The notes under the pieces: generated by a model
What the model saw: the letters and a program-made list of their open reading frames with translations, nothing else
Told to the model about the DNA's origin: nothing
The model's database searches: none
NCBI GenBank assembly: GCA_965222075.1
Contig: OZ244937.1
Location: forward strand, 1,568,001-1,632,000
Origin: Candidatus Latescibacterota bacterium
GTDB taxonomy: Bacteria; Latescibacterota; UBA2968; GCA-2709665
Reading direction: 5' to 3'
Length of the DNA: 64,000 nucleotides
Position numbers and translations under genes: made by a program
Shown here: positions 21,801 to 29,903 of the stretch, piece after piece
How positions within the stretch are numbered: position 1 is the stretch's first letter
Layout of the letters: each line of letters begins with the position of its first letter

Positions 21801-22488
21801 GGTCATCCGGAAAAGCCAGGCGCAGGGCCTCCCGCGCATGAAACGGATCTCCGGTCATATAGTACATCGCCATCCGTTTGCTGATACTGTTCCACCCGAA
21901 ATACCCCACCGACCCGTATCCCGCAGAGGCCTCCCATGTCTCAAATTCCCGGATATCCTCCGGAACCTGAACGCCCTTGCCCAGCTGGATCTCCATCAGC
22001 CGACCCACGCAGAGCGTCCCATCGCCGCCCTCTGCCTCCCACACCTCCTCCACGAACACCCCGGCCGCCGAGGCCACGCCCGCCGCGTCGCTGCCCCCCA
22101 CGAAAATCACATTATGCCCGTCCCCGAAAGGCGTGTGCAAAGACCGCACCACAGACCCCCCCGCGCCGGGGTAGCGCAAATCCAGCAGCGTATAGTACCG
22201 GTTGTAAAGCGCCCCGATCGTCCGGTTGGTCGACCGGTTGCCCGGCAGGATCAGATTTCCTCCTATCGGCACCGAGCCTTCTGGAGCATCGTCCGTCGCA
22301 ATCGGCACCCGAACGCCCGAACGCGCTTCAATCGCCACCTGGATCCGGGAAGCCACTGCATCGTAGATGCCGCTGCCAGGGACGATAATCGTGGCATTCG
22401 GCTTCCCCTCTCTCACCAGCTCCGTGTTCAGATGCAGATCCTTGAGTTCCGTGTAGACCGGTAGGATCTGATCTTCATCTGCCGCCAT
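18811..22488 (-). CDS. Heparinase II/III-like + FG-GAP beta-propeller protein, paralog 3 (divergent)
   Basis: 1225 aa; LKDLHLNT, YPGAGG, WDLIEESPVF, DLDGDG repeats. NHQ is replaced by RHGQ. Confidence 0.8.
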   Translation of the reverse strand: MAADEDQILPVYTELKDLHLNTELVREGKPNATIIVPGSGIYDAVASRIQVAIEARSGVRVPIATDDAPEGSVPIGGNLILPGNRSTNRTIGALYNRYYTLLDLRYPGAGGSVVRSLHTPFGDGHNVIFVGGSDAAGVASAAGVFVEEVWEAEGGDGTLCVGRLMEIQLGKGVQVPEDIREFETWEASAGYGSVGYFGWNSISKRMAMYYMTGDPFHAREALRLAFPDDRAMAEITEIDGEQIENKDEPLSGPYHYNAHMMILYWDLIEESPVFTDEERLRVTNAFAGQFAHAQDQGARRQVVENVRMGRRGFGDPPLSIGSRHGQWSAISLYCLGRYFQKGYPHPLWEQSMEAAKWHFAPLHHHAWVDGEHDNLFWYNTGMAPVLSYMLLTGDRKLIENGVLATLLRGQEILASGREPDWALNSASIGFLNKAAYLMKDGRYREYLRRTGIDLDIFRLGQSFWPEDDLKPELPTDLVDTWSIHPIPEPMWRGRSGGLPLEGSFLFGSFRSAPDASGDFILIKGMNGASRNPYHTFVILELRLDGQTVLEGYLNQVLIRADGMVEPEVAMDAALRYRDVVGGSAVVVGEVPGAAFCTWRRTLVQRVGRYVLAVDDLAFRADSEDMEVGVLWQGKGAWEALPDGGAVRVAGAGEIRLCDPVETAVGDGQARMAWRGTVQQGSERRFFSLIAAEGTVCARLAENAAVLALPEPAVAAVGAYEGLQAELVVLARDHLHGVNATEVALGASLLSASAPVQVDWDFHSGVLEVVAGGETEIRLGVADGLSVLQVAAGRHRVSGVVPDAGTLEKVTARLEGLLNQGREARRQLAAAGSPVLPDVPSLTSVFASNVGGEVVNLITVSSGEGTRICAAEAQTVHVLTQEGEELRTLQTDGPVRVLHWWEEHGLLLAGCVDEKVIAFDVDTGDRKWVFVSEEDPAVFRAAKPYWFKSAPGHAGIHGLHSGVFLDGKSQAFVGSACTLEMLDENGELVKRLPVFWGPGSRFALIDGPGGSVNLLIARQPTDSHAMAVVNNREMDPKQRSFRDVPAGHTNIGGWACMSRKHIFYEDLDGDGKMEVVSEINGTWNRVTVWADDGTALYNVHLGPGQRIPADNVRDFDIADLDGDGKKELLVAISGGLVLALNHRCEKVWARRLPSPPAVMAWVEAAGACRVVAGCEDGTLVVLDGGGEVVRSGRIAGRPTCIVRVDGDVVLATDEGEVKGWRVGDRW

Positions 22489-22524
22489 CGCGTGCCTCCT
22501 CTCGCCTTTCCGGTTTGCAATTCC

Positions 22525-22923
22525 CTAATACGCGTGCACCGCGTGTCCCTGCCCCGGGAAAAAGATCACATCCAGGACATAGCCCAGGGGTACGGCCAGC
22601 GCATAGCCTACGATCAGCCCGATAAAAAACGGCACCGTCCGGCGGTAGAGCATCATACCTCCGGTCTTGATCACAATCAGCTTGCAGACCCAGGTCACGA
22701 AAATGCTGAACGCCGCATGTCTGGTCAGCGCCAGGTAGGGTACGAACACCCCCATCGGAAAATGTGTCCGGTTCAACCACGATCCCCGGATGATATACAG
22801 GGAGTGAAGGCTCCAGGCATTGTGTACAACAGCAATAACAAGCCCGACGGCCAACGCGCGCAAACTGACCCCCCCCGGTCCCGTCCCCACCGATTCCCCT
22901 CGAACCCGTTCCACAGAGCTCAC
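22525..22923 (-). pseudogene. DUF6785-like membrane protein with a large in-frame internal deletion
   Basis: First ~66 aa resemble the N-terminus and last ~66 aa the C-terminus of the ~650-aa protein at 27748-29712. Confidence 0.75.
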
Positions 22924-22990
22924 CGGACCGCCTCACAATCGGATATGAAAAATTGCAAATCGAAAAGCCCTTCGGTAAACCCGATGCCCC

Positions 22991-23024
22991 AATTTGCAAT
23001 GTGCAACGTGCAATGTGCAACAGC
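22991..23024. repeat. Degenerate 7-bp tandem repeat (aatgtgc-like)
   Basis: aatttgc aatgtgc aacgtgc aatgtgc aacagc; related tract at 59161-59196. Confidence 0.6.
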
Positions 23025-23027
23025 TTC

Positions 23028-26000
23028 TTACACCTCCGCCTTCCCCTCCTCCAACGCCAGCATCTCGCCGCCCTGTCGGGTATAGTCCTCCTTCGTCTCC
23101 GGCGGCATCGTCTTCCAGACCAGGAACAGCTTCCGAATATCGTTCAGGAACCCCCGGTTGACCCGTTGCCACGACGTGACATCCCCGCTCAGCCGGCGGA
23201 TCCGAACATCGATCCTGTAGATATCGTGCTCCCCCGTCGACACTGCGTGCATACGCACATCCTGGCTGATTCCCAGATCGTAGGGCGCCAGCCACACCCT
23301 CAGGGCAATTTGGTACTCGACACCCGTCGCCAGTGATTCCGACCGGAAGCGTACATCCTCCGACAGAAACCGCCCGATCGATCCCTCGCCGAACGACTCG
23401 AACGACTTCTCCAGAAACGTATACATCCCCAGCGCCTCCGTGCCGCCCATCGTGAATGGAAAGTCAAACGTCCAGTCGTCCCCATCCGGATCGGGAAACG
23501 CCCACTGCCGGGTCACATCGGGCACAGACAGGTCCTCTGCCTTCTTGGCGGGGTAGAGCGTGGACAGAAACACCGTCAGCATCACCATCATCGTAGAGGA
23601 AACCGCAGACAGCGAGGAATAATTGAGCGACAGTCCCCCAAGGGCTCCCTGTTCGTACAGGACCATCACCACCGTCTGGCCGATCAAATACCCAAACGTC
23701 GCCCCCAGGGTGGCGAAAACCGCCGCCTCCGCCAGGAAGAGCGCCGCAATATGGCTTGGCGCCAGTCCCACGGCCGAATAGATGCCGATCTCCCGGAACC
23801 GTTCATACACGGCGCCCATCATCGTGTTCAGCACAATCAATGCAGCGATGAGCAGCGGGATAAACAGGTTGAACAGTCCCGAAATCGAGGTAGACCCGAT
23901 GGAACTGTAGACCGTGACCTCCTCTCCGATGCCCACGAACATCGTCAGCGAAACCCGGGCCATAAAGTCCTCGATCCGCTGCCGGATGTCCGAAAGAGGA
24001 TTGCCCTGAGCATCTCGAAAACCGGTCACCGCGATCGACCGGAGCGTCCCCCCGGTCTCCATTACAAACGCGTAGGGCAGCAGCATCGTGTTGCTGGCAT
24101 CCAGGTGGACAAACGCCTCGATCGGCTCGGCCGCCACCACCCTGGGGTCCTGGCTCAAACGCCGCCAGTCGCTGGTCCCTGTGGTCTCCATCGTCGTATC
24201 GATCGGGGTCAGCCGTTCGTCGTCCATGTCCTTCATCCGGTCGAACGCCTTCGAATCCAGGATGCCGATCACCTCAATATCGACCCCCATCATGTGCACC
24301 CATGCCCGTCCGGCGTCCACGTCCGCAGCGGAGATCCCGACCAGGTCCGCCAGGTCGCCGGGCAAAATCACCACCTGCCGCTCGCCTTCCCGGAACCATC
24401 TGCCTGCCACCAGCAGCCGGTCGATGCCCATCACCCCCACCTCCTGGGGGGTCACCCCCAGCAGTCCATTGGCAAAACTCCGCTTCCCGTTTCCGATACA
24501 CTCGAAGTCGACATAGGCCCGCTCTCCCCGCTTCTCGGCGATGTAGAACGCCCGGGGCGCCACAAGCGCAAACCCGCTGAAATGGCTCCCCACGTAGTTC
24601 AACACAGAAGGCTGCATCCCCCGCCAGTTCCGGTCCCGGACCATTCCCCCCTGATACGGGGGCCGGTTGTGCCGGGGAAGCGTGTAAAAGCGCAAATACG
24701 TCTGAATCGACGTAAACGAGAGCACCGTAAACGTCAGAAGCGTAAGCGTGACCGCGGTCAGGCCCGTACGCAGCGGCCGCTTCCTCAGATTGGAAATTCC
24801 CAGCGTGAACGCCACGAACGTGGCGGAAAGCCGGCCCACGTCCTCCTGGTATACCCCGGTGGCCGCCCGCTTCATCCGCTTCACCTCATCCGTAAACCTG
24901 GACACCACAATCACGATCGACACCCCGCCCAGGACCAGAATCACAAACGCCAGGAAGATGATATAGGGGGTGTCGGAGAGCTTAAACGCCGGGTGCACCC
25001 AGCGCAGGGCTAAGAACATGGCGATGAAAATGGAGGCGAATCCGATAATCCGCTTCCGAATGTCCGGAAACCCCAAAAACAGCCGCTCGCAAAAGAACGA
25101 AAACGGCAGCAGCAGCATAAAGTAGAAGATAATGCCCCGCACCGTATCGTTGGCCGTCTCCTTCACCTCCGGATAGCCCCTCGCCTCCAGCCCCCACGCC
25201 TCCCTCGCAGCCGCAATAAACCGATCATAGATCCGATTCTCCAGGTGGCGTTTCGCCTCCAGCAGAGACGCCCGTGCCTTCTCGTGCAGACGGAAAAGCC
25301 GCTGATTTTCCACGCCGTAACGGGCCAGCTGCTTCATCCGCACGTCGTCCACGATCCACATATCCTGCGCCGCCCGGTACGAAGGCAGGGTAATCACATT
25401 CCCGTCTGCCACGTAGCCCTCTCCCAGAGATCGTTTCACCGTCTGCCCGTCCACCCGGCTTACCGGATCGGTCAGCAGGTCTCCCGGCGCGTTGATAAGC
25501 AGATACTTGATACCGAACAGTCCGCTGCTCATCAGGATCTTCACCCGTTCTCCGGGCGGGGCAAAGACCACCGCCGCCTGCGTGACCTTTCCCTCCTTCC
25601 GGCCCTGGTTGGCCACGTACCGGAACCCGTACTCCTGAGGCTCGCTGTTGTCTCGCCCCAGCACCTTCATATAGTCCAGCACCGACAGGTATCCCGAATC
25701 CACGATCTCAAACAGGCTCAGCGCCCGGCACCTGAACACCACCCCGATCATCCCGTTCTCCCACCACCCGTATCCCTGCACCAGAGGGAACTTCCCCTTC
25801 TTCCCATCCGGCCCCGCGCCCTCTCTGCCCATGTCCGGGGCCGAGACGACCCGCCCCTCATCGTCGATCTGGTAGGCCAGGATCTGGTTGGAGAACCGGT
25901 TCCTGACAATATCGAACGCAAAGCGCCCGGTCTGCTCAACAGCTTCTTTGGGACCGTAGAGTGGTCCCCTGGACGCGGCACCCTCGTAAATAGGCCCCTT

Positions 26001-27731
26001 TTCGGTCTGGGTCACCATCAGCGTCCGCACCCCGGCCAGGCTCCCCGGCCCCGGCTGTTTGTACGTTACCAGCGCGCCCGGCACCGGCACCCTCGGAATT
26101 GCAAAGTCCACGTCCCGGTCGAACCAGAGGATGCGCCCGGACAAACGGTGCCCGCGGTCCATCAGCCGCAGCTGGTTCTCCCGAAAAAAGGCCGGATCGT
26201 TCCCCGCCTTGATCATCATCGCAGCCACCGAACGCACCTGATCGGTCAGCTGGTCGAACGCCATCCCCTCCGGCAGGTCCAGCGGCGTATCCGCACGCAC
26301 CCTGCCGTCGTAAAGCGTGGCCAGGGTCATCGCCTCCTGGCCCACGAACACCGCCGCCTCGCTGTCGAACCCCAGCGGAACCGGCATAAACGACGTCCAG
26401 GGCCGCTTGGCCGGCGCCACCACATCCACGTAGCGCGCCTCGCCGGGGAACAGCGCCCCCGCGTATTCCCGGAGCCTGTGCGAATAGGGCGTCAACAGAT
26501 TTTTCAGGTACTCGTCCGTCGCCTTCCTGGCATTGTAAAACGTTCCCATCGCAAACCCGCCCACCTGCCGGCTCCGGCTCGACAGGTCCAGCCCCACAAA
26601 CAGGCTGGAATCGATCCGATCTCCGTCCGGAATCCGCTCCCGGAAATAGTCGCTCCGCCGGGAATGCCGGAACAGAAAGTCATTGATACCCGACAATCCC
26701 TCAAAGTGCGCCGACGTGGCCAGAAAGAGGAAGGAATGCTTATAACCGTGACGCTTTAAGGACCGGATCACCTCCAGCAGCGTAGCAATTCCCGAAGCGC
26801 TATCGGCGCCGGGGGCCAGCGCCGGCACCACCGACATCGCGTCGTAATAAGCCTCCACCACAATTACCCGGTCCTTCCACCTCCGGCCCGTCGATCCCGG
26901 AACCGGCGCGTCCGAACCGGGCAGATACCCGTAGACATTCGCCGCCTCCACCGTCTCCCAGTCCATCCGGGCGGTCAAATACACCTGCGTCTCCCCTGAC
27001 GCGACCCGCTTCAGAAGGCGCTCCGCATCCTCCCTGCCGACCCAGAAACGGGGCACGTTCGCCGGCACCTCAAGAAACTTATCCTCCGCCTCCCCACGCG
27101 TCACATTCCCATCGTCGAAGAACAGGATCGCCTTTGCGCCCAGGGCGCGTGCGTTCAGGTAGTTCTGCCCGCACCCAAAATCCATCAACACGACGCTTCC
27201 GTCCACAACCATCCCGTTAAAATCCGAAAACGTCCCTCTCCGCCCGTAGATCAGCGGCCCACCCAGTCCCTCGGCCGGAAGCGTGGACGTGCGCACATCG
27301 TTGGGCCAGAGGCAGTAGATCGGCATCTTTTCGCCTGTCGCCTCCACCTTCAGAACACCGCCCCGGTCGATCGGCACGGTCACATCGAACGTCTCGGTCG
27401 TAATCCACTCCAGCCCCAGCGCCTCGAACCGCGACCGGATGTAGTCCCGGGCTTCCCGGTCCCCGCCGTAGCCCACCACCCGGGACGGCATCCTGGTCAG
27501 CGCCGCCACGTGAGACCGGACCCGGTCCTGGGTAATCGCATCAACCACCCGCCGGACCGCTTTATCCTCGTCGGACAGCCCCCTCTCCGCTTCCTCCCGG
27601 GGCGCTACCTGCCGGATGTCAAGCGTATCCCGCATCACGTCCGACACTTTCTCGGGATCAAACACAACCACCAGCGCGAGAATGCCAAGCGTCAGCAGGA
27701 CCAGGAAAACCCTTTTGATACGATCGAACAT
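23028..27731 (-). CDS. Large membrane protein: M28 peptidase-like/PA domain fused to FtsX-like permease
   Basis: SRVVGY.G, EAYYD...APGAD.ASG in the N-terminal half; R.LRTGLT and NTMMGAVYERFREIGIYSAVGLAP FtsX signature. Confidence 0.85.
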   Translation of the reverse strand: MFDRIKRVFLVLLTLGILALVVVFDPEKVSDVMRDTLDIRQVAPREEAERGLSDEDKAVRRVVDAITQDRVRSHVAALTRMPSRVVGYGGDREARDYIRSRFEALGLEWITTETFDVTVPIDRGGVLKVEATGEKMPIYCLWPNDVRTSTLPAEGLGGPLIYGRRGTFSDFNGMVVDGSVVLMDFGCGQNYLNARALGAKAILFFDDGNVTRGEAEDKFLEVPANVPRFWVGREDAERLLKRVASGETQVYLTARMDWETVEAANVYGYLPGSDAPVPGSTGRRWKDRVIVVEAYYDAMSVVPALAPGADSASGIATLLEVIRSLKRHGYKHSFLFLATSAHFEGLSGINDFLFRHSRRSDYFRERIPDGDRIDSSLFVGLDLSSRSRQVGGFAMGTFYNARKATDEYLKNLLTPYSHRLREYAGALFPGEARYVDVVAPAKRPWTSFMPVPLGFDSEAAVFVGQEAMTLATLYDGRVRADTPLDLPEGMAFDQLTDQVRSVAAMMIKAGNDPAFFRENQLRLMDRGHRLSGRILWFDRDVDFAIPRVPVPGALVTYKQPGPGSLAGVRTLMVTQTEKGPIYEGAASRGPLYGPKEAVEQTGRFAFDIVRNRFSNQILAYQIDDEGRVVSAPDMGREGAGPDGKKGKFPLVQGYGWWENGMIGVVFRCRALSLFEIVDSGYLSVLDYMKVLGRDNSEPQEYGFRYVANQGRKEGKVTQAAVVFAPPGERVKILMSSGLFGIKYLLINAPGDLLTDPVSRVDGQTVKRSLGEGYVADGNVITLPSYRAAQDMWIVDDVRMKQLARYGVENQRLFRLHEKARASLLEAKRHLENRIYDRFIAAAREAWGLEARGYPEVKETANDTVRGIIFYFMLLLPFSFFCERLFLGFPDIRKRIIGFASIFIAMFLALRWVHPAFKLSDTPYIIFLAFVILVLGGVSIVIVVSRFTDEVKRMKRAATGVYQEDVGRLSATFVAFTLGISNLRKRPLRTGLTAVTLTLLTFTVLSFTSIQTYLRFYTLPRHNRPPYQGGMVRDRNWRGMQPSVLNYVGSHFSGFALVAPRAFYIAEKRGERAYVDFECIGNGKRSFANGLLGVTPQEVGVMGIDRLLVAGRWFREGERQVVILPGDLADLVGISAADVDAGRAWVHMMGVDIEVIGILDSKAFDRMKDMDDERLTPIDTTMETTGTSDWRRLSQDPRVVAAEPIEAFVHLDASNTMLLPYAFVMETGGTLRSIAVTGFRDAQGNPLSDIRQRIEDFMARVSLTMFVGIGEEVTVYSSIGSTSISGLFNLFIPLLIAALIVLNTMMGAVYERFREIGIYSAVGLAPSHIAALFLAEAAVFATLGATFGYLIGQTVVMVLYEQGALGGLSLNYSSLSAVSSTMMVMLTVFLSTLYPAKKAEDLSVPDVTRQWAFPDPDGDDWTFDFPFTMGGTEALGMYTFLEKSFESFGEGSIGRFLSEDVRFRSESLATGVEYQIALRVWLAPYDLGISQDVRMHAVSTGEHDIYRIDVRIRRLSGDVTSWQRVNRGFLNDIRKLFLVWKTMPPETKEDYTRQGGEMLALEEGKAEV

Positions 27732-27747
27732 CGTTCACCCTCACACC

Positions 27748-29712
27748 CTATTCAATCCACGGATGGATGCTGTGTCCGGCTCCCGGGAACAGGAACATAT
27801 CCACCAGGAACGCCCCGGTAATGCCCAGCACATGCCCAACCAGCAGCCCCAGGAAAAACGGCTGTGCCTTTCGGAACAGCGTAATGCCGCCCACCCGCAG
27901 GATGAGCGACTTGCACGACCAGGCCAAAAATAACGTCAGCGCGAAATTCCGCACCAGGTCCGTCCCCATAATCGTGAATCCCACAGGATGGATGGGCCAC
28001 CACGGGAACCGGTAGCGCAGAAACGTCAGAACCCCCATCACCCCAACCCCGATCCAGAAAAACATGATCCGGTTCCAGTCAACCTCAAACGGCTCCTTGA
28101 TCTTGCTCACCGTATCCGGAAAATTGTGCACGCCCCCGCAGATAAATCCGTGTCCAAAATTTTCGGCCCCCCGGGTGTAGCCCAGGTAGAGCGTCCCCAG
28201 CATCACCACAAACGTCGTCACCAGGAACGACAACCCCACCGCCCAGAACAGACGCCTGCCCCTGTCTCCGATCGGCTCCGACACCTTGGCTACATGCGCC
28301 ATCTGCGACGTCGAACTCGAGTGGATCGGATAGGAAAACAGAAGCGTGGTCAGACTTGAAGGCGACACCTCTTTGGCGCCCAGGAGGTACACCGAAAAAC
28401 TCTGTGCCGTCATCGGACCCTGCACATACAGCAGACCCGACTCCGCAATGATCCGGGCCACACCGATATACAATACAAACAGCATCCCCACCAGCGGAAC
28501 CGCCATCTTCAAATCCATCCCCGCTCGATTCAGCCACACAACCGCAAACACCACGCCCAGCACAATCCCCACAACCGCCGTCCGATACGACAGCATCTCG
28601 TGTGAATCGTCCACCGGATGCTCCGACCGCCACGCCTTCATCACCACATCTTTCAGGTGCCGCCTGGCCATCCACAGCCCGAAAAGCACGAACACGCAGA
28701 ACGCCCCCAACCCCTGCCAGCTCGACGCCGCATCGTAGGACCCGTACCGGTCGCCTCTGCCGCCGATGCTGTAGCCCAGCCGGTTGAAAACCCCGAACTC
28801 CAGCACGAATACCGCGAAGAAGAACCAGACGCTGAACAGCACGTCCAGGTTGGCGAAATAGGAAAACGCAAACGTAAACGGATCGATATAGCTGAACATC
28901 GGCGGCATATCCCGCCCGAAAAACGCGTAGACCCGTCCCCGAACCGGCATCTCGGGAAACGCGGGAGAAATCCAGGGCAGCGCATTCCAGAAAATAAACA
29001 CAAACCCGATGCAGGCCCCAATCCAGAACAGCTTTCCCCGTACGAACTGAGGCCACCATTTGCTCGAATCCGACCCCCTGGCCATCTCCACGATAGGCTC
29101 TATCACAGGATACCGCAGCCGCTCGTGCTCCACCCACTGCTTCCGCAGCACCACCGAAAGCGAAGCCGCTGCAAAAGCCAGCACACAGAACAGCAGCACC
29201 CACCAGAACATCGGCACCACCCACGCTCCCCATGGAATCTCTCCCTGCCCCCCGGCCAGCCCGTTGAACAGCAGCGTCACCGCGCCGTCCACGTCCAGCG
29301 GCGCAATCCAGGAGGGCAGGGAGGGGTGCAGCAACGTGCCCCACTGGTTCTCCGGCGTGGCCAAATAGTAAGGAATGGTAATAAAGGCGAACACATGGGC
29401 GATCGGCGCGCCCCCCACCAGCCCCATCGCAAAAATCGTCAGCATCTCCCGGAGGCTCAACCCGCCCGGGCGTCCGACCCGCTTGAGCACCGGATTCAGC
29501 AGGAACAGGATGATCAGCATTGCCACGAACAGCGCCGGCGAAAGAAAGCCGGCCGTCATCCCGGACGACCGGATCAACCGGCGCGAATAGATCCCCCAGC
29601 CCTGAATGAACAGGGCCACGGCAAGCCCGATGGCGATCGACCGCCCTGTCACCCCCCGTCTCTCCACGCCCACCGCCTCCTCCGGGAGTGAAACCTTCTG
29701 AGGGTGCTGCAT
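27748..29712 (-). CDS. DUF6785/DUF6784-like polytopic membrane protein (putative transporter)
   Basis: Many TM segments; LRKQWVEHERLRYP and WWPIHPVG motifs; ATG 29712 after AAAGGAG. Confidence 0.8.
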   Translation of the reverse strand: MQHPQKVSLPEEAVGVERRGVTGRSIAIGLAVALFIQGWGIYSRRLIRSSGMTAGFLSPALFVAMLIILFLLNPVLKRVGRPGGLSLREMLTIFAMGLVGGAPIAHVFAFITIPYYLATPENQWGTLLHPSLPSWIAPLDVDGAVTLLFNGLAGGQGEIPWGAWVVPMFWWVLLFCVLAFAAASLSVVLRKQWVEHERLRYPVIEPIVEMARGSDSSKWWPQFVRGKLFWIGACIGFVFIFWNALPWISPAFPEMPVRGRVYAFFGRDMPPMFSYIDPFTFAFSYFANLDVLFSVWFFFAVFVLEFGVFNRLGYSIGGRGDRYGSYDAASSWQGLGAFCVFVLFGLWMARRHLKDVVMKAWRSEHPVDDSHEMLSYRTAVVGIVLGVVFAVVWLNRAGMDLKMAVPLVGMLFVLYIGVARIIAESGLLYVQGPMTAQSFSVYLLGAKEVSPSSLTTLLFSYPIHSSSTSQMAHVAKVSEPIGDRGRRLFWAVGLSFLVTTFVVMLGTLYLGYTRGAENFGHGFICGGVHNFPDTVSKIKEPFEVDWNRIMFFWIGVGVMGVLTFLRYRFPWWPIHPVGFTIMGTDLVRNFALTLFLAWSCKSLILRVGGITLFRKAQPFFLGLLVGHVLGITGAFLVDMFLFPGAGHSIHPWIE

Positions 29713-29738
29713 CTTGCGTTCTCCTTTGCGTTCGTAAC

Positions 29739-29765
29739 CACGAAAGAACACGAAAGAACACGAAA
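29739..29765. repeat. 10-bp tandem repeat cacgaaagaa x2.7
   Basis: cacgaaagaa cacgaaagaa cacgaaa, intergenic. Confidence 0.75.
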
Positions 29766-29766
29766 C

Positions 29767-29892
29767 TCACGCTTTCAACGCCTGTGCCTCTCCCGTGCGG
29801 ACCGACTCAAACGCCTTCAGAATAATAATCGTCGCCCGCGTCCCATCCTCTGCCGGGGACGGGGACGGCTTTCCCTCCAGCAAACAGCGGTC
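29767..29892 (-). pseudogene. 3' remnant of a Gfo/Idh/MocA oxidoreductase
   Basis: RCLLEGKPSPSPAEDGTRATIIILKAFESVRTGEA resembles the C-termini of neighbouring Gfo proteins. Confidence 0.6.
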
Positions 29893-29903
29893 GGAGGATC
29901 TCC

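Noticed and set aside
28085-29770. 561-aa same-strand alternative-frame ORF over the DUF6785-like gene
   Set aside because: Gly/Ala/Arg-rich off-frame read-through expected at high GC; no RBS or domain signal.
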